A DNA stretch of 63,617 nucleotides, counting the filler, from Thermodesulfobacteriota bacterium (GTDB lineage: Bacteria; DASVDK01), in assembly GCA_036381125.1 (NCBI GenBank). It is 7 parts of 7 records of this genome, joined end to end, with 100 filler letters (N's around TTAATTAATTAA, not from the genome) between each part and the next. Parts side by side here need not be neighbours in the genome. Positions count along the whole stretch, not along the records: positions 24,281 to 42,172 come from DASVDK010000337.1; positions 42,273 to 47,400 come from DASVDK010000338.1; positions 47,501 to 55,382 come from DASVDK010000339.1; 4 more parts are not named here. One strand, given 5' to 3'. The position numbers and the translations under genes are program-made. The notes under the pieces were generated by a model. It worked only from the letters and a program-made list of their open reading frames with translations. It was not told the DNA's origin and made no database searches. Shown one piece after another: positions 38,708-48,003 of the stretch (position 1 is the first letter of the stretch; each line of letters opens with the position of its first letter).

Positions 38708-38806
38708 CGTCCCTACGCCGGCATTACCCGGATCAGGTTCGACGGGTCGGCGGCCGGTCGCGTGCCGCCCTCTCAGCCCGGCGCGTCCGGGCTCCCCGAG
38801 TGACGA
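38708..38806 (-). ncRNA. TPP (THI-box) riboswitch
   Basis: Minus strand CGTCACTCGGGGAGCCC...GGGCTGAGAG...GACCCGTCGAACCTGATCCGGGTAATGCCGGCGTAGGGACG carries all conserved THI elements. A -10 TAGACT sits at 38817-38812. Confidence 0.95.
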
Positions 38807-39055
38807 ACCGGAGTCTAACGCGGGGCGCCTCCCCCTGCCAGCCCCGCCCGAGGCGCGGTTCCTGCACGAGTTCCTGCACGAGACGACCTCTCGTGGTCCG
38901 CCGGACCGCCTTCCCTTACCTCCCGTTCGCCCTCGCGCCGCTCGTCGTCTTCCCCGTGCGCGCGGCCCGGTTCGAGGCCTGATGGCCGGGAGTCGTGACG
39001 GCCGCGCCGCCGCGAGTCGTCGGGGGGACGGCGAACGTGAACGGCGACGGAGGGC

Positions 39056-39071
39056 CGGCACGGGGGCTGCT
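39056..39071 (+). promoter_or_regulatory. sigma54-like promoter upstream of the GT9-GT2-DUF421 operon
   Basis: CGGCACGGGGGCTGCT (GG-N10-GC). A second candidate, AGGCGCGGTTCCTGCA, lies at 38851-38866. Confidence 0.45.
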
Positions 39072-39087
39072 GCGGTGCCGCGAGCCG

Positions 39088-40182
39088 ATGGCCGTCGTCG
39101 TCTCCGAACGTGCGGGCGTGCGCGCGGCCGCGCGCGCCGTCGCCCCCCTCGCCGAGCTCGACGCGACGCCGCGTCGCGTGGCCGTCGTCCGCGCGCTCAA
39201 CGTCGGCGACCTGCTCGTCGCCGTCCCGGCGCTTCGCGCGCTGCGGCGCGCCCTGCCCGCGGCGCGCATCACCCTCGTGGGGCTTCCGTGGGCGGCCGAG
39301 ATGGTCCGCCGCTTTCCGCGCTACCTCGACGACCTGCTGCCGTTCCCCGGCTTCCCGGGGATCGAGGAGGCGCCGTTCGACGCCGGCCGGCTCATCGCGT
39401 GCCTCGCCGACGCGCGCGAGCGGGCCTTCGACCTCGCGATCCAGATGCACGGCGGCGGCCGCTACAGCAACCCCTTCACGCGCATGCTCGGCGCGACGCG
39501 CACCGCGGGGTTCGTGGCCGCGGGCGACGCGAGCGGCCTCGACTTCCCCTTTCCGTACGTCGACCGGCACCACGAGGTGCACCGCTACCTCGACCTCGTC
39601 GCGTTCCTCACCGGCGTGCGCGGCGACGACCGGCTCGAGTTTCCCCTCGAACCGGCCGATCGGGACGAGGTGGCGCGGTGCCTCGGCCCCGATCCGGAGC
39701 CCTACCTCGTCGTCCACCCCGGCTCCCGCGTCGCCTCGCGTCGCTGGATGCCCGAGCGCTTCGCCGCCGTGGCCGAGGCCCTGGCCCGCGAGGAGGGGCT
39801 CGACGTGGTGGTCAGCGGAGGCCCGGGGGAAGGGCCGCTCGTCGAGCACGTCCGCCGCCGCCTCCGGTGCCGCACCCGCCGGGTCTCCGTCGACATCGGC
39901 CTCGGCGGTCTCGCGGCGCTCCTGGCCGGCGCGCGGATCGTGGTCTCGAACGACACGGCGGCCGCGCATCTGGCCGACGCGGTGGGGGCCCCGAGCGTCG
40001 TGATCTACGGCTCGGCGCACGTCGCGAACTGGGGGCCGCTCGACACCTCGAGGCACCGCACGCTCTTCGTCCCGATGGCCTGCCGGCCGGACCACTGCCG
40101 GCCCTGCCCGTTCGACCACCGCTGCCTCGCGGCGATCACGCCGGACGCCGTCGTGGCGGCCGCGCGCGAGCTGCTCGCGTGA
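39088..40182 (+). CDS. GT9 family glycosyltransferase (heptosyltransferase-like)
   Basis: RALNVGDLLVAVPALRALR, HPGS, RRW, VVSNDTAAAHLADAVG. Start uncertain (38995-39088). Confidence 0.88.
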   Translation: MAVVVSERAGVRAAARAVAPLAELDATPRRVAVVRALNVGDLLVAVPALRALRRALPAARITLVGLPWAAEMVRRFPRYLDDLLPFPGFPGIEEAPFDAGRLIACLADARERAFDLAIQMHGGGRYSNPFTRMLGATRTAGFVAAGDASGLDFPFPYVDRHHEVHRYLDLVAFLTGVRGDDRLEFPLEPADRDEVARCLGPDPEPYLVVHPGSRVASRRWMPERFAAVAEALAREEGLDVVVSGGPGEGPLVEHVRRRLRCRTRRVSVDIGLGGLAALLAGARIVVSNDTAAAHLADAVGAPSVVIYGSAHVANWGPLDTSRHRTLFVPMACRPDHCRPCPFDHRCLAAITPDAVVAAARELLA

Positions 40183-40997
40183 CCCCGCCCGTCGACGTCC
40201 TGATCCCGACCTTCGGGCGTCCGGCCGCCCTCGCGGTCACGCTGACCAGCCTCGCCTTGCAGCGCGCGCGGGGCTTCCGCGTCGTCGTGTCCGACCAGAC
40301 CGAGGGCTCGCCGTCCACCGCGGCGCCGGAGGTGGCGGCGGCCCTGCGCGTGCTCCGGCTGCACGGCCACCCCCTCGAGGTGCACCGCCACCTCCCGCGG
40401 CACGGCATGGCCGAGCAGCGGCAGTTCCTGCTCGAGCGGGCGCGGGCCCCGTTCGCGATCTACCTCGACGACGACCTGATCCTCGAGCCCGACGTGGTCG
40501 GCCGGCTCGCGCGCGCCCTCGCGCGGGCGGGGTGCGGCTTCGTCGGCATGGCGGTCATCGGGCTGAGCTTCGAGCCGGACGTCCGGCCGCACGAGCAGGC
40601 GATCGAGTTCTGGGACGGTCCGGTGACGCCGGAGCTGGTCCTGCCGGGGACGCCCGCCTGGGATCGGCACCGCCTCCACAACGCCGCCAACCTGCTCCAC
40701 GTGCAGCGGGCGCTCGCGCTCACGCCGCGGCGGGAGCGGCTCTACCGCGTGGCGTGGGTCGGCGGCTGCGTCATGTACGACGCGGCCAGGCTCCGCGAGG
40801 CCGGCGGGTTCGGCTTCTGGCCCGAGCTGCCCGCGGAGCACTGCGGCGAGGACGTCCTGGCGCAGCTCCGGGTCATGGCGCGCTCCGGCGGGGCGGGCCT
40901 CGCCCCCTCGGGCGTCTACCACCAGGAGCTGCCGACCACGATCCCCGACCGGCGCGTCGACGCGCCGATCGCCCTCGGCCCCGCGGGGCCCGTCTGA
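40179..40997 (+). CDS. GT2 family glycosyltransferase
   Basis: VDVLIPT, VVSDQ, YLDDD, GEDV. GTGA overlap with GT9. Confidence 0.85.
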   Translation: MTPPVDVLIPTFGRPAALAVTLTSLALQRARGFRVVVSDQTEGSPSTAAPEVAAALRVLRLHGHPLEVHRHLPRHGMAEQRQFLLERARAPFAIYLDDDLILEPDVVGRLARALARAGCGFVGMAVIGLSFEPDVRPHEQAIEFWDGPVTPELVLPGTPAWDRHRLHNAANLLHVQRALALTPRRERLYRVAWVGGCVMYDAARLREAGGFGFWPELPAEHCGEDVLAQLRVMARSGGAGLAPSGVYHQELPTTIPDRRVDAPIALGPAGPV

Positions 40998-41500
40998 TGC
41001 CGGCGCCGGCGTGGCTCCTGCCCGACGACTGGGGCCGCGTCCTGGGGCCCGATGCGCCGCTCCTCGAGACCTTCGTCCGGGTGACGATCGTCTACTTCGT
41101 CCTGATCCTCGTCATGCGCGTGGTCCTCAAGCGGGAGGCGGCGGGGCTCAGCGTCCGCGACCTCCTCGTCCTCGTGCTCGTCGCCGACGCCGTGCAGAAC
41201 GGCCTCGCCGGCCCGTACGCGTCGGTCGCCAATGCGCTTCTCGCCGGCATCACGCTCATCCTCTGGGACTACGCGCTCTCGGCGGTCGAGTACCGCTGGC
41301 CGAGGGTCCGCCGCTTCCTCGAGCCGAGTCCGCTCGTCCTCGTTCGCGACGGCCGGCTCCTGCGGCACAACATGGCGAAGGAGTTGATCACGGAGGACGA
41401 TCTCCTCACGCAGATCCGCCAGCAGGGGTACGAGCGGATCGAGCAGATGCGGCTGGTCGTCATGGAGAGCGACGGCCGCATCAGCGTCATCCCGCGGTAG
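40997..41500 (+). CDS. DUF421 / YetF-domain membrane protein
   Basis: KRE...DLLVLVLVADAVQN, PLVLVRDG, ESDGRISV. TGATG coupling. Confidence 0.85.
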   Translation: MPAPAWLLPDDWGRVLGPDAPLLETFVRVTIVYFVLILVMRVVLKREAAGLSVRDLLVLVLVADAVQNGLAGPYASVANALLAGITLILWDYALSAVEYRWPRVRRFLEPSPLVLVRDGRLLRHNMAKELITEDDLLTQIRQQGYERIEQMRLVVMESDGRISVIPR

Positions 41501-41890
41501 GTGCGCCGGTACGACCCGGCGGCGCTCCGGCAGGGGCTTCCCGACGCGCCACGTCGTCAGGTCGCTCGCCGCCCCCGGTCGGCGGGGGACGGTCCGGCTC
41601 CTGTCCCGACGTGCCGCCCGCGGACGACGTCACGGCGCGCCGGCCTGCGGCCCGGGGCCTCCCCCTCGTCTGTCCACGTCCTGGGTCGCGGTGCCTGCGC
41701 GCGGCGCTCTGGCAGGGGCCTCCCGCCGCGCCACCCCCGGTCGGCGGGGGCCCCCGGCGCGGCTCGCGGCCCCTCGGCCCCCGAACCGCTCTGCCCGTCC
41801 CTCGATCCCCCGCCGTCCCTGACGCGTGGGACGGATCGACTTCGGCGCGTGGAGCTCTCCCGGTCCGCGGGGTACGGCGTCGAGCGAAAC

Positions 41891-41906
41891 AGCAAGGGCC
41901 GCACCT
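41891..41906 (-). promoter_or_regulatory. sigma54-like promoter pointing into an ORF-less region
   Basis: Minus strand AGGTGCGGCCCTTGCT (GG-N10-GC with TTGCT). Confidence 0.5.
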
Positions 41907-42111
41907 CGGGATGCCGGGCCGGTGGGCGCGCCGGGGGCCCCCCGCGAGATGGGGCGACGCACGGCGCAACGCAGTTGCGCCGGCGGCGGGGGACCCCATC
42001 GAGCGGGGGTGGCGTGCCCGCCCGGCCCGTAGCACGCGAGTGCAAGCCGGAGGAGGGTGGCGGCCCGCCCGGCCCGCCGCGGTCGAGCGAGGTCGGGGGG
42101 ATGAGCGCCCG

Positions 42112-42172
42112 CTAGAGGAACAGCACGCCGAAGCGGGCGGCGCCGCGCAGCCGCCAGAAGACCGCCAGTGGC
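42112..42172 (-). CDS. C-terminal end of a probable GT2 membrane glycosyltransferase (rest beyond contig end)
   Basis: PLAVFWRLRGAARFGVLFL*; only 19 codons are visible. Confidence 0.4.
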
Positions 42173-42272
42173 NNNNNNNNNNNNNNNNNNNNNNNNNNNN
42201 NNNNNNNNNNNNNNNNTTAATTAATTAANNNNNNNNNNNNNNNNNNNNNNNNNNNNNNNNNNNNNNNNNNNN
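42173..42272. other. Artificial contig linker
   Basis: Same N/TTAATTAATTAA/N structure. Confidence 0.99.
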
Positions 42273-42852
42273 CGCGATCCACCGGAACTACGTGCCGCGC
42301 CACAAGAAGGGGGGTAGCGTCAGCGCGTACACCCTCGCGCGCGAGGCCCCCGCCATCGTCGCCCTCTACCACGCGCCGGCCCTCGTCGGCTTCCTGTCGG
42401 CGGTCTCCGGCCAGCCGCTCAGGCCCTGTCCGGAGTCGGACCCGCATGCCTGCGCGCTCTACTTCTACACCGAGCCGGGCGACCACATCGGCTTCCACTA
42501 CGACACATCATACTACAGGGGCGCGCGCTTCACGGTGCTGGTCGGGTTGATCGAGCGTTCCAGCAGCCGCCTCGTGTGCCAGCCATTCAAGGGGGACCCG
42601 ACGCGCGAGCCGCGGGAGCTGCGGCTCGCGACCGAGCCCGGCACGCTCGTGTTCTTCAACGGCGACCGCCTCTGGCACGCGGTCACGCCGCTCGGCGAGG
42701 GCGAGGAGCGCGTGAGCCTCACCCTCGAGTACGTGACCGACCCGACGATGAGCCCGGTGAAGCGCTTCGTGTCCAACATGAAGGACGCGATCGCCTACTT
42801 CGGGTTCCGCACCGTCTTCGGCGGCGGCAGGGCTACTCCGCCTTCCTCCTGA
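42273..42852 (+). CDS. 2OG-Fe(II) oxygenase superfamily protein (5' truncated)
   Basis: YTEPGDHIGFHYD (HxD), FNGDRLWHAVTP (distal His) and R.SL co-substrate motif. Confidence 0.8.
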
Positions 42853-42875
42853 CGACGTCCCGCCGGCGTCCCGCC

Positions 42876-42984
42876 GGGGTCAGGTCTTTCCATTTTCCAC
42901 GGGGTCAGGCCTTTCCATTTTCCATGGGGTCAGGCCTTGCCGTTTTCCGTGGGGTCAGGCCTTGCCGTTTTCCGTGGGGTCAGG
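42876..42984 (+). repeat. 25-bp repeat family, 4 tandem units plus a partial fifth
   Basis: Units start at 42876, 42901, 42926 and 42951, with GGGGTCAGG at 42976. Lies between convergent genes. Confidence 0.95.
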
Positions 42985-43117
42985 ACTCGCCTTCACGCGG
43001 TTCGGCCGGTTGCCTCTCCGCCGGGCTCCGAAAAGGGGCCTCCCGCTGGCGACAGGTTGCGTGGCCGGGCGCCGGCCGTGAACGATGGCCGACCGGGGAT
43101 CGCCGGTGGCGATGCGG

Positions 43118-44299
43118 TCAGCGGTGGCGGCGGCGACCGGGGAGCCAGTGGGCGAGGCGGACGACCCAGTAGGCGTGGGCGCCGAGGGTGACGACGACCA
43201 TGAGGGCCGGCAGCGCCCCGGGGGCCAGGACCAGCAGCGCGACGAAGGCGACGAGGAGCGCGTAGAAGCCGTCGCGGGCGCCGAGGGCGCGCAAGAGCCG
43301 TGCGACCGGACCCGACGGGGACTCGGTGCCGCGGACCGGCCAGAGCTTCGTGAGGAGCGCGCTCGCCACGACGCCGGTCGCGGCGACGACGCCGAGCCAC
43401 GCCCCGGCTCCGGCCGTGCGGCCGGCCACCGCCCCCATGGCCGCGACCATGAGCGCGTGGATCACGGTGTCGATCCCGACGTCGAGCCATTCGCCGAACC
43501 GCGACTGCGTGAGCGTCAGGCGCGCGACCTCGCCGTCCGCGTGGTCGGCGACGGCCGCCGCCGCGTAGAGCGCGAGGCCGGCCGCGGCGCCGGACGGCCG
43601 CCCCGCCCACACCGCGCCGACGGCCGCGAGCCCGAGGGCGAGGCTGGCGAGGCTGATCGGGGTCGGCCCGATCCCCAGCGCGACCGCCAGACGCGTCACC
43701 GGACGGGTCAGCCGCCGGTGGAACGCGACGTCGATCGGCGAGTCGATGGCGCTGCCGAGGGCCGCGTAGACGGCCGATTCGGCGCGCGCGGCGTCGCCGG
43801 CGCTCCGCACCCGGATGCCGCACGGCGCGACCGCGACGGTCCGGACGTCGCGGCCCGCCAGGGCGCGCGCGAGCGCATCGCCGGCCGGAGCGCCGGCCGC
43901 GAGCCGATCGGCGAGCGCCGCGACGCACACGGCATCGGCGACGACGAGCGGCGCGTCGAGGTCCCGGCACGCGAACCCTCGCGCGAGCGGCGCGCCGGCG
44001 ACGAGGGGGACGAGCGAGACGGCCGGACAGACCAGCGAGACGGGCAGGAGGAGCGTCGGCCCCTCGTCGAGGTCCGCGGCGCTCGCGAGCCAGACGACTC
44101 GAGCCCGCGCAGCCGGCGAGGCCGCGACGGCGCGCTCGAGCGCCGGCGTCCGCAGCACGGTCGGGACGCCGATCGCCGCGGCGCCCGCCCGGGCGGCGGC
44201 GGCGATGGCGTGGAACGCGACCGGCCGGCCGGCGACCGCGAGGCCGGCGCCGGCGGCATCCTCCGCGGTCGGCGCGTAGAGGACGGCCCGGTCGATCAC
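43118..44299 (-). CDS. CDP-alcohol phosphotransferase with degenerate N-terminal nucleotidyltransferase-like domain
   Basis: DHADGEVARLTLTQSRFGEWLDVGID fits the CDP-AP signature. N-terminus has VAGRPVAFHAIAAAARAG. GTGA overlap with the upstream gene. Confidence 0.82.
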   Translation of the reverse strand: MIDRAVLYAPTAEDAAGAGLAVAGRPVAFHAIAAAARAGAAAIGVPTVLRTPALERAVAASPAARARVVWLASAADLDEGPTLLLPVSLVCPAVSLVPLVAGAPLARGFACRDLDAPLVVADAVCVAALADRLAAGAPAGDALARALAGRDVRTVAVAPCGIRVRSAGDAARAESAVYAALGSAIDSPIDVAFHRRLTRPVTRLAVALGIGPTPISLASLALGLAAVGAVWAGRPSGAAAGLALYAAAAVADHADGEVARLTLTQSRFGEWLDVGIDTVIHALMVAAMGAVAGRTAGAGAWLGVVAATGVVASALLTKLWPVRGTESPSGPVARLLRALGARDGFYALLVAFVALLVLAPGALPALMVVVTLGAHAYWVVRLAHWLPGRRRHR

Positions 44300-45036
44300 T
44301 CGCCGTCGAGCCGGACGACGCGGGGCAGCACCTCGTGCTCCGCCCGACGCAGGTCCTCCGCGAAGTCGATCTCGGTCCACGGAAGCCCCGTCACGTCCAC
44401 CCACCCGACATGTCGTGTCGCGAGGAGTCGGTGCATCGCCTCCTCGTACTCCTCGAGGCCGTCCCGCTCCCGGATCACCGCCTCGAGGCAGCGGACGTAA
44501 TCGGCCGCCGCGTCGGCGCCGCACTTGAAGAAGCCGACCCCCTCGCCCACGGCGTCCCACGCCTCGGGCCGCACCCGCTTGCCGAGCGCGACCACCCGGT
44601 CGCCTCGCGCGTAGACCTTCACCTCCTCGCCCGAGTCGGTGAAGCCGCGGTCGACGAGGACCGCGCTCGCCGCCGGGCTCTCGAGGAGCCGCCGCAGGAA
44701 CACGCGCGGGAAGAGGACGTCCGCGTCCATGACGAGCGCGCCGCCGGCCAGCTCGTGTCGGGCGGCGTAGACGGAGAGCGCCGAGCCCTTCCGGTAGTCG
44801 GGGTTCTCCACGTACGTCACCGCCATCCCACCGACGCGATCGCCGGCGAACGCGCGGACCCGATCGGCCTGGTGCCCCACGACGAGGACGGTTCGGGGTA
44901 CGCCGGCCTGCTCGAGCGCCTCGAGCATCCGTCCGAGGAGGGGCCGGCCGCCGACCTCGAGCAGCGCCTTGTGCGTGTGATCGGTGAGGGGGGCGAGGCG
45001 GCGCGCGACGCCGGCGACCAGGACGATCGCGTTCAT
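44296..45036 (-). CDS. Cytidylyltransferase (LicC/IPCT-like NTP transferase)
   Basis: AIVLVAGVARRL, KALLEVGGRPLL, NPDY, MDADV, GEGVG, WTEIDFAEDL. Confidence 0.85.
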   Translation of the reverse strand: MNAIVLVAGVARRLAPLTDHTHKALLEVGGRPLLGRMLEALEQAGVPRTVLVVGHQADRVRAFAGDRVGGMAVTYVENPDYRKGSALSVYAARHELAGGALVMDADVLFPRVFLRRLLESPAASAVLVDRGFTDSGEEVKVYARGDRVVALGKRVRPEAWDAVGEGVGFFKCGADAAADYVRCLEAVIRERDGLEEYEEAMHRLLATRHVGWVDVTGLPWTEIDFAEDLRRAEHEVLPRVVRLDGE

Positions 45037-45118
45037 ACCGCGACGAGTCTAGCAGTTTTCCCTTGCCATCCCAACTCGGCGTCTGGTAGGGTCCACGCCT
45101 TCCGCAGGGAGGACAAGG

Positions 45119-46327
45119 ATGCCCCTTTCCAGCCTGGAGACCGTTCTCTCGGTCACCGAGCTGACCAGCGCCATCGCCCTCGCGGTGGGTCGCGCCCTGC
45201 CCGGCCCGGTGTGGGTCGAGGGAGAGGTCTCGAACTGCCGCCCGCACTCCGCGGGGCACGTGTACTTCACGCTCAAGGACGACCGCGCCTGCCTGCGCGC
45301 CGTGCTCTTCCGCGGCCAGGCCCGGCTGCTCCGCTTCCGTATCGAGGACGGCCAGCGCCTGGTCTGCCGTGGTCGCGTGGAGATCTACGCGGGCCGGGGC
45401 GAGTACCAGCTCATCGTCGACACGGCCGAGCCGCGCGGCGCGGGCACGCTCGCGCTCGCCCTGGAGCAGACCAGGACGCGGCTCGCGGCCGAGGGGCTCT
45501 TCGACGCCGACCGCAAGCGGCCGATTCCGCGGTGCCCCGCGACCGTGGCGGTCGTCACGTCGCCCACCGGCGCGGCGCTGCGGGACATCCTGAACGTGCT
45601 CGGCCGGCGCGCGCCAGGCCTCCACGTCCGGATCGTCCCGGTGCGCGTCCAGGGCGAGGGCGCCGCCGCCGAGATCGCCGCCGCCATCCAGGCCGTGTCG
45701 GCCGGCCGGGCGGCCGACGTGGTCATCGTCGCACGCGGCGGCGGCTCCGTCGAGGACCTCTGGCCGTTCAACGAGGAGGCGGTCGTCCGTGCGGCCGCGG
45801 CCTCGGCCGTGCCGCTCGTCTCGGCGGTGGGGCACGAGACCGACGTGACCCTCATCGACCTGGCCGCCGACCTCCGCGCGCCGACCCCCTCGGCGGCGGC
45901 CGAGCTGGTGGCGGCCAGCGCGGCCGAGCTTCGCGCCGCGGTCGCCGCGCTCAGGCGGCGGCTGGCGCTGGCGGCCCGGCAACGGCTCGACGGTCGTCGC
46001 CTGCGGCTCGCCGAGGCGCGGCGACGGCTCGGTGACCCGCGGTCGCGGCTCGGCCAGGCGCGCCTCGCGCTCGCCGACGCGACCGGTCGGCTCGCCAGGG
46101 CGGGACGCGAGGCGACGGCGGCGCGGCGGTTGCGCCTGGCCGCCCTCGCCGGCCGCCTCGACGCCCTCTCGCCGCTGGCGATCCTCGGCCGCGGCTACGC
46201 GGTCGTGCACCGCGTCGAGGACGGGCGCGTCGTCACCGACGAGGCGCAGGTCGCGGCCGGCGACCGGCTCCGCGTGCGGGTGGCCCGCGGCGAGATCGCC
46301 GCGCGGGTCGAGAGGGCCGCCTCGTGA
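45119..46327 (+). CDS. xseA: Exodeoxyribonuclease VII large subunit
   Basis: GEVSN, GHVYFTLKD, TSPTGAA, RGGGSVEDLWPFN, SAVGHETD, APTPSAAAE, LSPLAILGRGY. Confidence 0.95.
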   Translation: MPLSSLETVLSVTELTSAIALAVGRALPGPVWVEGEVSNCRPHSAGHVYFTLKDDRACLRAVLFRGQARLLRFRIEDGQRLVCRGRVEIYAGRGEYQLIVDTAEPRGAGTLALALEQTRTRLAAEGLFDADRKRPIPRCPATVAVVTSPTGAALRDILNVLGRRAPGLHVRIVPVRVQGEGAAAEIAAAIQAVSAGRAADVVIVARGGGSVEDLWPFNEEAVVRAAAASAVPLVSAVGHETDVTLIDLAADLRAPTPSAAAELVAASAAELRAAVAALRRRLALAARQRLDGRRLRLAEARRRLGDPRSRLGQARLALADATGRLARAGREATAARRLRLAALAGRLDALSPLAILGRGYAVVHRVEDGRVVTDEAQVAAGDRLRVRVARGEIAARVERAAS

Positions 46328-47352
46328 AGCGGCTCTCCGTCGAGTTCATCACGGTCCTCGTCGTCCTCGCCCTGCTCGGGGTGGCGCTCGCACGCCTGGC
46401 CGACGCGGCGGACGAGGCGCTGCCGCCGAAGCTCTCGGTCGAGGCGGCGGCCCGCCGCGCGAAGCAGGGGGCCATTGTCCCGATCACCATCCGGAGCGAT
46501 CGGCCGCTCGCGCGCCTCGCGCTCGTCCACGGCGACCGGACGGTCCCCGTGGAGCTGACCGAGGGAGGGATGCTCGGCCGCGCCCTCCTCGGGATCGACA
46601 TGGACGCCCCTCTGGGAGACCAGCCGCTGAGGCTCGAGGCGACGGCCGACGACGGCGCGGCGGCGCCGGTGACGTACTCGCTCGAGATCGTCTCGGGCCG
46701 CTTCCGCGTGCAGCGGCTCAGGGTGAAGCGCGGCTACGTCGAGCTGCCGCCGGGCGTCCTCGAGCGCGTGAGGGCCGACCAGGCGGCCGTCGCGCGCGTG
46801 TGGGCCACCGGCGACCCGGAGCGCCGCTGGCGCGGGCGGTTCCTCGCACCCATCGAGGCGACGCCCTCGGACAACTTCGGCGTCCGGCGCATCTTCAACG
46901 GCCAGCCCCGCGCGCCGCACAACGGCGTCGACTTCGGCGCGCCGGCGGGGACGCCGGTCGTGGCGCCGGCGGCGGGGCGCGTGGCGCTCGCCGACGACCT
47001 CTACTTCAGCGGCGGGACCATCATCCTCGATCACGGCGCCGGGCTCTTCACGACCTACTTCCACCTCTCCCGGCTCGACGTCCGCCCGGGCGACCTCGTC
47101 CGCCAGGGCCAGGCCATCGGCGCCGTCGGCTCCACCGGCCGCTCGACCGGGCCGCACCTCCACTGGGGCGCGCGGCTCCACGGCGCGCGGGTGAACCCGC
47201 TCGACCTGCTCGCCTTGCCGGACTGGGACGGCGAGCCGATCGTGGCCGACAGCCCGCCGGCGGTGCCGGCTGTGCCGGCGGCGGCGACCAGCGGACCGGC
47301 GGCGGCGCCCGCGGCCGCGCCGGCCGAGAGCCCCGCCTCCTCCGCGTACTAG
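46324..47352 (+). CDS. M23 family metallopeptidase
   Basis: Signal/TM segment; PHNGVD, HLS, TGRSTGPHLHW. Confidence 0.92.
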   Translation: MKRLSVEFITVLVVLALLGVALARLADAADEALPPKLSVEAAARRAKQGAIVPITIRSDRPLARLALVHGDRTVPVELTEGGMLGRALLGIDMDAPLGDQPLRLEATADDGAAAPVTYSLEIVSGRFRVQRLRVKRGYVELPPGVLERVRADQAAVARVWATGDPERRWRGRFLAPIEATPSDNFGVRRIFNGQPRAPHNGVDFGAPAGTPVVAPAAGRVALADDLYFSGGTIILDHGAGLFTTYFHLSRLDVRPGDLVRQGQAIGAVGSTGRSTGPHLHWGARLHGARVNPLDLLALPDWDGEPIVADSPPAVPAVPAAATSGPAAAPAAAPAESPASSAY

Positions 47353-47400
47353 CTACCTAGCTACCGGCCTTCCCGAAGGTCCCTTCCTGGAGGTCGGCCC

Positions 47401-47500
47401 NNNNNNNNNNNNNNNNNNNNNNNNNNNNNNNNNNNNNNNNNNNNTTAATTAATTAANNNNNNNNNNNNNNNNNNNNNNNNNNNNNNNNNNNNNNNNNNNN
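47401..47500. other. Artificial contig linker
   Basis: Same N/TTAATTAATTAA/N structure. Confidence 0.99.
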
Positions 47501-47875
47501 TTCGTGAAGATCGCCGGCAAGGAGGCGGCCGAGGGGAGCTGGCTCACCTTCTCGCCGGACATCAAGAACGTCCCGACGGCCAAGGCGTCGGTCGAGGCGT
47601 ACGAGAAGCAGTTCGGGCCGGTCGGGCCGTACTCGATCTACAGCTACGTGGCCGCCCGGCTCCTCTTCGAGGGGGTCAAGGCGACCGGGGCGAAGGGGCC
47701 GAGGGACGCCAGGAAGGTCGCCGACTGGATCCGGAAGAACACGCACCAGACGGCGCTCGGGACGGTCCGGTTCGACCCGAAGGGAGACGTCGGCTCGCGT
47801 ACCTACGTCGTCTACGAGACGCGCGACGGGCAGTTCGTCCAGATCACCGGCCTCGAGAACCAGGCCGCGAACTAG
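47501..47875 (+). CDS. Branched-chain amino acid ABC substrate-binding protein, C-terminal fragment
   Basis: FVKIAGKEAAEG, YSIYSY, TALGTVRFDPKGD resemble a LivJ/LivK C-terminus. Confidence 0.75.
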   Translation, partial: FVKIAGKEAAEGSWLTFSPDIKNVPTAKASVEAYEKQFGPVGPYSIYSYVAARLLFEGVKATGAKGPRDARKVADWIRKNTHQTALGTVRFDPKGDVGSRTYVVYETRDGQFVQITGLENQAAN

Positions 47876-48003
47876 CGCCGTCCCACGAACACCCCGGGCG
47901 GCCCCGGCCGCGCTGCCGCCCAGGAACCCGGCCGCGCACCTGGCCGGGCCGCCCGGGGTTTCCCTCACGGCCTCGCCGGCCTGGGCGGCGCCATAATGGG
48001 CCC

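Noticed and set aside
38858-38881. 12-bp tandem duplication GTTCCTGCACGA
   Set aside because: Two copies only; most simply slippage, though it overlaps a weak sigma54-like motif.
41780-42060. c-di-GMP riboswitch or hammerhead ribozyme
   Set aside because: Only isolated short matches (GAAA, GTGCAA, CTGACG); the required cores and stems could not be assembled.
47350-47365. TAGCTACC x2 after the M23 stop
   Set aside because: Too short and next to a contig end; no supporting structure.
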